Assembly (NCBI GenBank): GCA_029940535.1
Contig: JAPYUM010000001.1
Span: 76,773 to 140,772, forward strand
Length of the DNA stretch: 64,000 nt
Source of the DNA: Vicinamibacterales bacterium
GTDB taxonomy: Bacteria; Acidobacteriota; Vicinamibacteria; Vicinamibacterales; UBA8438
Reading direction: 5' to 3'
Shown: piece by piece, positions 19,911 to 28,392 of the stretch
Layout: each line of letters starts with the position of its first letter
How positions within the stretch are numbered: position 1 is the stretch's first letter
Translations under genes and position numbers: made by a program
The notes under the pieces: generated by a model
The model's database searches: none
What the model was told of the DNA's origin: nothing
Seen by the model: only the letters and a program-made list of their open reading frames with translations

Positions 19911-21989
19911 ATGCCATCTGTGATCCGAATCAGTGTGGGCATCGCCCTGATCCTTGCGGTCGTCGCTCAGACGAGCGACATCCGAGCCCAGGCGCCAGAG
20001 CGCGGGCGTGGCTATCCGTCCCAGGACTGGCCGCTGGCCGGCGGGAACTGGTCCGGCACACGCTACTCGACCCTGGTCGACATCACCCCGGCCACCGTCG
20101 ACCGACTGGGCGGTGCCTGGGTCACGCGTCTGGAGGGCGGAGCGGCGTCGCGCGCGACACCGATCATCCTCGACGGTGTGATCTATCTCACCGGCGGCGC
20201 GAACGTGTTCGCGATCGATGCCCGGACCGGCGGTCCGCTGTGGCGCTGGCAGCCGGAGGATTCGGTCGAGAGCGCAGGGATGGTGCCCTCCTGGCAGGGC
20301 GTGGGACTGGGCGACGGACTCGTGTTTGTCGGACTCCGCAGCGGACAGGTCGCGGCTTTGCGTCAAGAGACGGGCGACATGGTGTGGGTGGAGTCGGTCG
20401 GCAGTGACCCTCCAGAAGCGGGCGAGGCGGTGACCACGGCGCCCATGTATGCCGCCGGGCGCGTCTTTGTCGGACTGGCGAATGGGGACACCGGTGGGCA
20501 AGGGCGCATCATCGCCCTGGATGCCGAAACCGGTGAGACCCAGTGGACGTTCTTCATCGTGCCGCGCCCGGGCGAGTTCGGCCACGACACCTGGCCACAG
20601 GACTCAGACATGTGGGAGCTGGGCGGCGGCGGCGTGTGGCTCGTCGGGACCGTGGACCCTGACCTCGACCTGGTCTACTTCGCCACCGGCAATCCGGCGC
20701 CAATGTTCGGCGGCGAGATTCGGGCGGGCGATAACCTCTTCACGGCGTCGGTCGTGGCCCTCGACCTCGCGACCGGGGAACGGCGGTGGCACTACCAGGT
20801 GGTTCGCCACGACGTCTGGGACGCCGACATCGCAACCCCGCTCCTGCTCTACGACCACGACACCGGGACGGGCGAGCCGCGCAAGGCTCTGGCCGCGATG
20901 CGCGCCGACGGGGTGCTGTTTTTGTTCGATCGAGAAACAGGTGAGCCACTGACCGCAATCGAAGAACGGGCGGTTCCTCAGGATGAGTATCAGCGTACGG
21001 CGGCGACCCAACCGTTCCCGGTGGGGACCGAGAGCATCTTGCCGGACTGCGCCTTCTGGCGCGACCGCGTGCCGCCCCCCTTCGAACTGAGCTGCAGTGG
21101 CTTCACGCCACCGATGGTGAACGAGCACACCATCGTGGCCCCAGGCGTGCCGATTCCACGGGTGCGGGTCACGCCGATGTCCTTCAGCCCCCAGACAGGC
21201 TACATCTACGCACAGGGGCAGGCGACAGTCGGGCGAGCCCGTCGGTTCGAAGATCCGTTCCACTGGAGACTCGACGACAACGAGCTCACCCTACCTGACC
21301 CGGTCGGCATCCTCGCCGCCGTTGACACCCGGACCAGCCGCGTCGTCTGGAAGCATGAGATGCCGGCGTCATGGCTCGGCACGAGCGGGCCCCTGACCAC
21401 CGCCGGCGGTTTGATGTTTCGAGGCTCGGCCGGCGGTCAGGTGGAAGCCTACGACGCCCGGACCGGGGCGCGGGCGTGGACCTTCCGCACCAGCCCGACC
21501 GGCGCTCTCGTGCGCCCCGGGCCCGCGAGCGTCTACGAGCTCGACGGGCGGCAGCACATCGCCGTCGCCATGGGATCCGAGCTTTGGTCGTTCGCGCTGG
21601 ACGGCGAGGTCCCGGCGCGCGGGGAGCCGGTGCTCGACCCCTGGGAGGACTACGAGCGACCCCAGCCGGCGCCGACCGCGACGCGGCGGATCGAAACGTC
21701 CACCCTCATTGAGGGGACGCGAGGCATGGTGGGCGGGACTCGCTACGGGTTCGACGAGCACCACTTCAACCCCACCCGGGCGCTCGTCACCCGGGGGGTG
21801 CGTCTCCAGTTCATCAACAACGGCGAGATCACCCACACCATCGCCGCCCGTGACGGCAGCTGGAGCATCGGCCCCGTTGAACCCGCGACGTCGGCATCCG
21901 TCACGCTGAACGATCTCGGGACGTTCCTCTATCACTGCACTGATCACCCCTGGGCCATCGGTCAGATCACGGTCGAGGACAGACCCTGA
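19911..21989 (+). CDS. PQQ-dependent dehydrogenase (beta-propeller quinoprotein) fused to a C-terminal amicyanin-like cupredoxin domain
   Basis: 692 aa. Signal peptide, then the quinoprotein N-terminal signature DWPLAGGNWSGTRYSTL..IT..TV..LGGAW and repeated propeller W-motifs. The C-terminus FINNGEITHTI...FLYHCTDHPWAIGQITVE aligns with amicyanin WINREAMPHNV...YDYHCTPHPFMRGKVVVE. Confidence 0.75.
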   Translation: MPSVIRISVGIALILAVVAQTSDIRAQAPERGRGYPSQDWPLAGGNWSGTRYSTLVDITPATVDRLGGAWVTRLEGGAASRATPIILDGVIYLTGGANVFAIDARTGGPLWRWQPEDSVESAGMVPSWQGVGLGDGLVFVGLRSGQVAALRQETGDMVWVESVGSDPPEAGEAVTTAPMYAAGRVFVGLANGDTGGQGRIIALDAETGETQWTFFIVPRPGEFGHDTWPQDSDMWELGGGGVWLVGTVDPDLDLVYFATGNPAPMFGGEIRAGDNLFTASVVALDLATGERRWHYQVVRHDVWDADIATPLLLYDHDTGTGEPRKALAAMRADGVLFLFDRETGEPLTAIEERAVPQDEYQRTAATQPFPVGTESILPDCAFWRDRVPPPFELSCSGFTPPMVNEHTIVAPGVPIPRVRVTPMSFSPQTGYIYAQGQATVGRARRFEDPFHWRLDDNELTLPDPVGILAAVDTRTSRVVWKHEMPASWLGTSGPLTTAGGLMFRGSAGGQVEAYDARTGARAWTFRTSPTGALVRPGPASVYELDGRQHIAVAMGSELWSFALDGEVPARGEPVLDPWEDYERPQPAPTATRRIETSTLIEGTRGMVGGTRYGFDEHHFNPTRALVTRGVRLQFINNGEITHTIAARDGSWSIGPVEPATSASVTLNDLGTFLYHCTDHPWAIGQITVEDRP

Positions 21990-22078
21990 GAATTCCGGTA
22001 GCCACGCGCACCTCGCTGCGCGCTCTCCCCCTTCGTTACTCCTGATGAAAGGCGAGCCACGTCATCGCCTCCTCTTCG

Positions 22079-22423
22079 CTACGGAAGGCGCGGGTTACAT
22101 AACCGTTCTTGATCGCGGTATGCCTCGAACATGCGGAGCAGCCCATAGAAGACGACTCCTGAGCCGACATATGCGACTCGAGCCGGCGCTGGCCAAAGCC
22201 GACGTCCTAGTTCGGTGATGCGTTGGATTTCAACGGCAGAGAAGTGGAAGTACTCGCCAACGCCCCAAAGTCGGCGGTCCGACCCGCTCCGCCTGGCGAC
22301 CTCCTGGACCACGGCGAAAAGGTCGGGTAGCGAGAGCTGACGTTGGAGTCGGATCACGGTCACGCCGTCGAGTTCCTCCAGAACGTAGCGGGTGAGGCGG
22401 GAATCGCGACCGACTGGTTTCAC
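22079..22423 (-). CDS. Hypothetical protein (small alpha/beta, possibly STAS/SpoIIAA-like)
   Basis: 114-aa ORF whose GTG start overlaps the ankyrin gene stop (GTGA). No motif recognised. Confidence 0.4.
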   Translation of the reverse strand: MKPVGRDSRLTRYVLEELDGVTVIRLQRQLSLPDLFAVVQEVARRSGSDRRLWGVGEYFHFSAVEIQRITELGRRLWPAPARVAYVGSGVVFYGLLRMFEAYRDQERLCNPRLP

Positions 22424-24069
22424 GGCAGGTCGGCGCCGATCGGGATGTCACGCAGGCGCTCCTGAACGGTGCCTGGGATGCCCAAATGCGTGGCGGCTCC
22501 GAGCGCCGCTAGCAGCGCGGCGGTTTCCGGCCAGCTCTGGAACTGGAAGGACTGTTTGGCGCCCTCGGCCATCCGAAACGCCGTTCGTCCGCGGAAGTCT
22601 CGCGCGTCGACCGCGGCACCTCGCTCCACAAGGTAGGCGATGACCTCGTTCAGCCCGCGAAGCGCCGCGCCATGCAACGCCGTGAAGTCAGCTTCGTTGA
22701 CCGCGTTGACATCGGCGCCCGCCTCGACGAGGACCTGCACGGCTTGCTCCGCGCTCGGTGACCGGGTCCCGCGCGGCTCCCGCGGTCGATACGTGCAGCG
22801 ACCAAGTCCTGCGGCAGCCATCAAGGGTGTCGTGTCGTCATCGGTCCGCAGGTGGTGGTCGGCACCCGCTGCGAGCAGCGCCCGCAGGATCGCCGTGTTC
22901 TCGCCGCGGTTAGATGCATAGGCCGCCACCCACAGCGGCGTGGCACCCCGAATGTCTCCGGTGCCGCACGAGAACGGCTCGAACGCCCCCTTCGTCGGGT
23001 AGCCGATGTAACTCATGAACATGGCTGACGTCGTGATTCGCGCGTCCGGCAGGGCGCCTCGGGCGAGGAGTGCTTCGACGAGTGGCACACGACGCTCGGC
23101 CACGAGCGCGGTTCGCCCGATCCCGCCCCGAAGATACCCCGGGTCGCCGCCATGTCGTCTCGACCAGTCGTGCAGCCAAGTTCCGACGCTCCCCGCGGCG
23201 GCGTGCAGCGCACTCACCCCGCCCATCGAGCCGTTCGGATCGGCGCCGTGCTCGAGCAGAAACAGGGCAAACGCATCCTGGCGGTTGACAATGGCGTACG
23301 GCAGCACGTGCGTGTCATCCGACCCGGTCTCGTTGACGTCGACGCCAGCGGCCAGCAGTGTTTCCGCAAGCGCGATGTCGCCAGCGGCGGCGGCAAGCAG
23401 CAGCGGCGTGAAGCCGTCTGCCGTGGCGGCACCCGGCGCCGCGCCGCGGCTGAGCAGGAGGCGGGCAACCCCGTGATGAGACTCCGACACGGCCCACATC
23501 AACGCCGTGCTCCTGGTTGCCGTCGTCGCCGCATTGACCTCAGCGTCGGAGGCCAGCAGCGCCTCGACCACCTCGACACTCCCGGTTCGCGCGGCGGTCA
23601 TGAGCGGCGTCAGGCCACTGGTCTGGCTGTTGTTCGGGTTCGCTCCGGCCGCGAGCAGCGTCTGAACCATCAGCACGCTGGCGTTCTCGGCCGCCCGCCC
23701 GAGCGGGGTCACGCCATGATCATCGGCGGCATTGACGTTCGCGCCGGCACGCAGAAGCATGGCGGCCGCGTCCGAATCGTCCCAGTGGGCCGCCCAGAGA
23801 AGCGCCGTCGCGCCGTCGGCTCGCGCGGCGTTGACGTCGAGACCTTGTTCGACCAGTGTGAGCACGGTCCGGCGGTCCTGCGCCGCCGCGGCGCTCACGA
23901 GCCGCAGGTCCTGGCCGGCAGCCAGCCCGGCGCCCGTGCTGAAGACCAGCGCAACCACAGAGGCAACAACCCGCACCGCCCCACTATAGTCGACCCCGGA
24001 CGACCGGGCCGAATTTCGAGAGTCCTGCTCAGGGGTGGCCACGATGCTCGATATATTCCGACCGGTCAC
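22420..24069 (-). CDS. Ankyrin-repeat protein with N-terminal signal/anchor
   Basis: 549 aa. Hydrophobic segment VVASVVALVFSTGAGLAAG, then at least 10 ankyrin repeats (G.TALLWAA..., DHGVTPLGRAA, GLTPLMTAA, GFTPLLLAA, FTALHGAA...). Confidence 0.85.
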   Translation of the reverse strand: MTGRNISSIVATPEQDSRNSARSSGVDYSGAVRVVASVVALVFSTGAGLAAGQDLRLVSAAAAQDRRTVLTLVEQGLDVNAARADGATALLWAAHWDDSDAAAMLLRAGANVNAADDHGVTPLGRAAENASVLMVQTLLAAGANPNNSQTSGLTPLMTAARTGSVEVVEALLASDAEVNAATTATRSTALMWAVSESHHGVARLLLSRGAAPGAATADGFTPLLLAAAAGDIALAETLLAAGVDVNETGSDDTHVLPYAIVNRQDAFALFLLEHGADPNGSMGGVSALHAAAGSVGTWLHDWSRRHGGDPGYLRGGIGRTALVAERRVPLVEALLARGALPDARITTSAMFMSYIGYPTKGAFEPFSCGTGDIRGATPLWVAAYASNRGENTAILRALLAAGADHHLRTDDDTTPLMAAAGLGRCTYRPREPRGTRSPSAEQAVQVLVEAGADVNAVNEADFTALHGAALRGLNEVIAYLVERGAAVDARDFRGRTAFRMAEGAKQSFQFQSWPETAALLAALGAATHLGIPGTVQERLRDIPIGADLP

Positions 24070-24097
24070 CTTGTCTGGGTTCGGGAGAAAGCGGCGT

Positions 24098-24727
24098 TCA
24101 AGCCTCGTGGGAAGCGGCCAGACGTGAGGCGACCGAGCCCAAAGTCGCTGGCGTTGGAGCCTGAGCCCTCACGGCAAACGGCGCGCCGGGGTCCGGTTCG
24201 CGCGTGAGTGACCAGTCCGCCTCGCCTGACACCGTGTGTAGGAACGCCTCCAGAGCCGGACGGAACGCGGTCAAAGTCTCGGTCGTGTTCGGCGCGAGGA
24301 GGCGGTCGTTGGCGACGCACGCGATGTCGTTCCCCGCGAACCGCACCGGCCCAGGAAGCGTGGCGTCCGTTTCCAGCAGACGCGCAGCCTGCACCAGGGT
24401 ACGGCCAAGCCCTCCGAGCCTCTCGGCGAGTGGGCCCTCGAGCGGCCGGGTGCGTGTGTATTGGAAGCCGAGTCGACCGTCCGTCCGGTCGAGCGCGTAC
24501 TGGCCCTCGTGGGCGACCAGGAGCACCGACGGCCCGGTGGGTAAGTGTGTGTAGTCGGCCACGTCAATGAGGAGCCCGTCGACCGCCTGGGTCTGGATCC
24601 ATCGATGAAAGACCGGAATCACGTCACGTGGGTCGAGCGTCGAGTCGTCGGTGAGGAAGACCTTCAGGGCGATGCGCTGCAGGTCGTTGACGTGCGTCGA
24701 CGGGGTAGGCGTCGTCACGTCGTTCAC
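24098..24727 (-). CDS. Hypothetical protein translationally coupled to sulfite reductase
   Basis: Start placed at GTG 24727..24725, which overlaps the sir stop TGA 24726..24724 (GTGA). 209 aa with no recognised family. The ORF-track start at 24805 would lie inside sir. Confidence 0.5.
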   Translation of the reverse strand: MNDVTTPTPSTHVNDLQRIALKVFLTDDSTLDPRDVIPVFHRWIQTQAVDGLLIDVADYTHLPTGPSVLLVAHEGQYALDRTDGRLGFQYTRTRPLEGPLAERLGGLGRTLVQAARLLETDATLPGPVRFAGNDIACVANDRLLAPNTTETLTAFRPALEAFLHTVSGEADWSLTREPDPGAPFAVRAQAPTPATLGSVASRLAASHEA

Positions 24728-27012
24728 GAGGGTCTCCCCGCGCCGGTTGTCGCGTCCAAGGGCGGCGGCATCACGACCGGCTGGGCCGCGAGTCGGGCCT
24801 GACACGCATGGGTGGCCTCGACGAACAGCTGGGCTTCTTCGATGAGCTGTCGCGCGGTGTCGAGGCCGTCCGCCGGCGTGCTGCGCTCGTGGCGGCGGAA
24901 CAGGTATTGGGCGAACTTCCCACCGGCAAATCGATCGAAAAATATTTCGGTGTCGAAAAAACGGCGGCGAAATTCTGAGACGATCTGCTCCGCGTCGTCC
25001 GAGATGTCGATGTCCTCTGTCTTGATCAGCCCTCGGGCCGCCTGCAGCATGGCGCCGTAGGCGAGCGCGTCGGCTCGCTCGAAGTTCCCCTCCTCCAGCT
25101 GAAGTTGTCCTTCAAAAATCTGGCTCTCGGCGCCGGCCAGGTCGAACTCGGTCAGCGACACGACCTCGCCGGCGCACTCTCCGACCCCCATATCGCCGAT
25201 GCCGAACTCCCGAGGGTCGCCCCAGTCGCGATAGTAGCTGGCATCGACTTCGTGTGCCGGCACCGCCATGAGGTCGTCGAGCATGTCACGTAGGGCCCGC
25301 TTGCCGACCCGGGCCGTGAAGGCGTAGAAGCTTTCGGCGCCGTCGCGTTCCGCGACATAGCGGTCGGTGATGCGTCGTACGACCTCTGGAATGTTCTTGG
25401 ATGGCACCGCCGCGATCGCCAGTCCATACGCGCCGCCGTTGTCGACCCACTTCCCGCCCAGCACGACCTGGAAGTGCGCGACGACATGGCCACCCACGTG
25501 GCGGCTGACGCCGTAGAACCCGAGGTCGCTGATGTGGTGCTGCCCGCACGAGTTGAAACAGCCGCTGACCTTGATACGAAGCCGGCGCACCGACTCGTCC
25601 ATCGTGTCCAGCTGGTCGGCCAGCCGCCGCTCGAGCTCCGCCGCGAGCCCGCGTGACGACGCGATACCAAGCTTGCACGTGTCCGTGCCGGGGCACGCGG
25701 TGATGTCCGCGATCGATTCGGCCCCTGGTCGCGCCAGGCCGATCGCGTCGAGCTCGCCGTGCAGCGCGGGCAGGTCGGACTCGCGCACCCAGCGCAGCAC
25801 GATGTTTTGTTCGACGGTCGCCCGCACCGCGTCGCCGACGAAGCGCCGCGCCACGTCCGCCAGCTGCCGAAGCTGGTCGCTGCTGAGGTCGCCGAGTGGC
25901 AGGCTCACGGTCGCAGTGACGTATCCGGGTTGTCGCTGATGGTAGACGTTGGTCCGGGCCCAGGCCTGAAAGGCGGGCGAGCCAGCCTCATCTCCCAACG
26001 CCTGGCCGGTCTTGAGCGGCTGCTCGCCGTACGCCGGCAGGGCGTCCAGATATCCGGTCCAGCGGTCGTCTCCCGGCAGGGCGGCTCGTTCCTTCCGCAC
26101 CAGACGCCGAAATTCCTCGAGGCCGAGTTGCGCCACCAAGAACTTGATGCGGGCGCGGGCGCGATTCTTCTTCTCGCCCAACCGGGCGAACACCCGGGAC
26201 ATGGCCTGGAGTGTCGGCAGAATCTCGTCTTCCGCCATGAATGGTTCGAACAGCTTGGCCTCGTGTGGCACGGCGCCAAGTCCGCCACCCACATACACCT
26301 CGAAGCCGCGCTGCGTCACGCCGTCGACCTCTTTGGTCACCCCGATCGCGCCGAAGTCGTGCATGTTGACGAGTCCGCACGCGTGCTGCCGGCATCCGGA
26401 AAACGCCACCTTGAACTTGCGGCCGAAGTCCTGGGCGTCGGGGTGTCCGAGGAGAAAGCGCATGGACGCCTGCGCGTAGGGTGTGACGTCGAACGCCTCG
26501 TCGCGGCAGATGCCGGCGATCGGACAGGCGGTGACGTTGCGCACCGTGTTCCCGCACGCCTCACGCGTGGTGATGCCGACCGCCGCGAGCCGCCGCATCA
26601 AGTCCGGCGTGTCGTCGATGTGCACGTAGTGGAGCTGTATGTCCTGACGCGTCGTGATGTGCACGACCCGGTCGCTGTACTCCTCAGCCAGCTCGGCCAG
26701 GGTCTCCATCTGGTCGGTGGTGAGCCCGCCGAAGGGAATCTTGATCCGTTGCATCCCGGGAGCGTCCCAGACGGTGTCGGGTCCCTTGGTCTGTCCGCTC
26801 GATGGGAACGGCAGCGGTTTGACTCCAGTGCCGTCATTGCGCTGGCCGTTGTCGTAACGTTGCCCGTACGCCCCACGCCGCAGGCGGGTCTCGGCGAACA
26901 CCTTGTCGTCGATCTTGCCCTGTCGTTTCAGGGCCATCTGGTTCTCGTAGGTGTCGATCTCGCGTCCCAGATCGTCTGGCACGCGGTCGCCGAGAGCGTC
27001 CTTCCAGGTCAT
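24724..27012 (-). CDS. sir: Assimilatory sulfite reductase (ferredoxin-type, siroheme/4Fe-4S) with a ~200-aa C-terminal extension
   Basis: 762 aa. Two nitrite/sulfite-reductase ferredoxin-like half domains and the Fe-S/siroheme Cys motifs (TACPG.DTCK ... SGCFNSCGQHH). Context is cysH plus siroheme synthesis genes. Confidence 0.85.
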   Translation of the reverse strand: MTWKDALGDRVPDDLGREIDTYENQMALKRQGKIDDKVFAETRLRRGAYGQRYDNGQRNDGTGVKPLPFPSSGQTKGPDTVWDAPGMQRIKIPFGGLTTDQMETLAELAEEYSDRVVHITTRQDIQLHYVHIDDTPDLMRRLAAVGITTREACGNTVRNVTACPIAGICRDEAFDVTPYAQASMRFLLGHPDAQDFGRKFKVAFSGCRQHACGLVNMHDFGAIGVTKEVDGVTQRGFEVYVGGGLGAVPHEAKLFEPFMAEDEILPTLQAMSRVFARLGEKKNRARARIKFLVAQLGLEEFRRLVRKERAALPGDDRWTGYLDALPAYGEQPLKTGQALGDEAGSPAFQAWARTNVYHQRQPGYVTATVSLPLGDLSSDQLRQLADVARRFVGDAVRATVEQNIVLRWVRESDLPALHGELDAIGLARPGAESIADITACPGTDTCKLGIASSRGLAAELERRLADQLDTMDESVRRLRIKVSGCFNSCGQHHISDLGFYGVSRHVGGHVVAHFQVVLGGKWVDNGGAYGLAIAAVPSKNIPEVVRRITDRYVAERDGAESFYAFTARVGKRALRDMLDDLMAVPAHEVDASYYRDWGDPREFGIGDMGVGECAGEVVSLTEFDLAGAESQIFEGQLQLEEGNFERADALAYGAMLQAARGLIKTEDIDISDDAEQIVSEFRRRFFDTEIFFDRFAGGKFAQYLFRRHERSTPADGLDTARQLIEEAQLFVEATHACQARLAAQPVVMPPPLDATTGAGRPS

Positions 27013-27015
27013 GTG

Positions 27016-27780
27016 TCAGCCTTTCCCTTCGGCGGCGAGAGTGGACATGCCGACGTCACTGAGCACCGTGTGCAGGTCGACGACCTGCCCGACCACGATC
27101 GTGCCCGGGTCCTCCGTGGCGGCGGCGTCAGGTGTCTCGCCGAGGGTGCGGAGTGTGCCGATCCAGGTCCGTTCTCGCGAGCTCGCCGCCGCGAAAATCA
27201 CCGCGGCGGAGGTGTCCGCGGCCCACCCACGCTCCAGCAGGCAGGTCGCAATATCTCGTCGATGGGCCAGGCCCATCAGCACGACCACCGTGGCGGAGCC
27301 TGGCGCCAGTGAACTGAGGACAGGCCGGTAACTCGCGTCGTGATGCCCGGAGACGACAACGAATCCGGAAGCCAGGCCGCGATGCGTCAGCGGGACTCCG
27401 GCCGCGGCCGGCGCCGCGACCGCCGTCGTGATCCCCGGCACGACCTCGAAGGGGATCCCCGCGGCCCGGAGCGCCACGCCCTCTTCGGCGCCTCGACCCA
27501 GCACGTAGGGGTCGCCACACTTCAGCCGGACCACTCGTCGGCCACGTCGTGCCGCCCGAATCATGAGCCGCACGATGGTTTCTTGTTGTACGGACTTTCG
27601 GCCTGCGCGCTTGCCCACGCAGAACCGTTGGGCCTGGACGGCGAGTGCGACGACCTCCGGCGAGACCAGCGCATCGAACAGCACGAGGTCGGCGGCACGC
27701 AGACGATCGGCGGCCCGCACGGTCAGAAGGTCCGGATAGCCTGGACCCGCGCCCACCAACGAGACGAATCCACCAGACAT
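27016..27780 (-). CDS. cobA: Uroporphyrinogen-III C-methyltransferase (SUMT)
   Basis: 254 aa from ATG 27780. Motifs VGAGPGYPDLLTVRA and VVRLKCGDPYVLGRGAEE. The ORF-track N-terminal extension is rejected. Confidence 0.85.
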   Translation of the reverse strand: MSGGFVSLVGAGPGYPDLLTVRAADRLRAADLVLFDALVSPEVVALAVQAQRFCVGKRAGRKSVQQETIVRLMIRAARRGRRVVRLKCGDPYVLGRGAEEGVALRAAGIPFEVVPGITTAVAAPAAAGVPLTHRGLASGFVVVSGHHDASYRPVLSSLAPGSATVVVLMGLAHRRDIATCLLERGWAADTSAAVIFAAASSRERTWIGTLRTLGETPDAAATEDPGTIVVGQVVDLHTVLSDVGMSTLAAEGKG

Positions 27781-27782
27781 AG

Positions 27783-28358
27783 TCACCCTTGATCTTCGTA
27801 GAGACCGGACAGCGCTTGCAAGAGCAGGGGGCGCCGCTGCTCCATCGGTACATTTTCGCTGATCCAGGCGGCGCGTTGGACACGGGCGGTGGTCATCCAT
27901 CGTTCGACCTCCGGTTCCGGTAGCAGCGCTTCGAGCGCCTGCCGGACCAAACCGGCCAGCGCGGGGGCCTGGCCGTCGGTCGAGATGGCCACCGTGACCC
28001 CCCTCCGTCGGAAGACACCACCGAGATAGAGGCTCGCGTTCGTCGGGTCATCGACCGCGTTGACGAACACCTGCCGTTGTTCGGCCGCTTCCGCGACTTC
28101 GCGGTTGACGGCCGGGGGCGCTGCGGCCACCACCAGCCACGCGTCGTCGAGGTCAGCTGGTTCGAATCGTCGACGGCGTATCGACACGCGACTCGCCATG
28201 ATCTCTCCGGTGACCTCGGGCGCGACCACGGTCACCGCCGCGCCGACATCGAGCAGGCCCCTGAGCTTGGACGTTGCCACTGGTCCACCACCGACGACCA
28301 CCACGCGGCGACCGGTCAGCTTCAGGAAAGCGGGAAAGAGGGAGGCTGACGCGCTCAT
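27783..28358 (-). CDS. Precorrin-2 dehydrogenase / sirohydrochlorin ferrochelatase (CysG N-terminal / Met8 / SirC-like)
   Basis: 191 aa from ATG 28358. FPAFLKLTGRRVVVVGGGPVATSKL Rossmann motif, typical of the siroheme synthase N-domain. Confidence 0.75.
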   Translation of the reverse strand: MSASASLFPAFLKLTGRRVVVVGGGPVATSKLRGLLDVGAAVTVVAPEVTGEIMASRVSIRRRRFEPADLDDAWLVVAAAPPAVNREVAEAAEQRQVFVNAVDDPTNASLYLGGVFRRRGVTVAISTDGQAPALAGLVRQALEALLPEPEVERWMTTARVQRAAWISENVPMEQRRPLLLQALSGLYEDQG

Positions 28359-28392
28359 ACGAAATGGCGTCGGGCGGTGCCGGTATCGGTTC

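Noticed and set aside
25759-27312. 517-aa plus-strand ORF across sir/cobA
   Set aside because: It is antisense to well-supported sulfite reductase and SUMT genes, and its translation is low-complexity.
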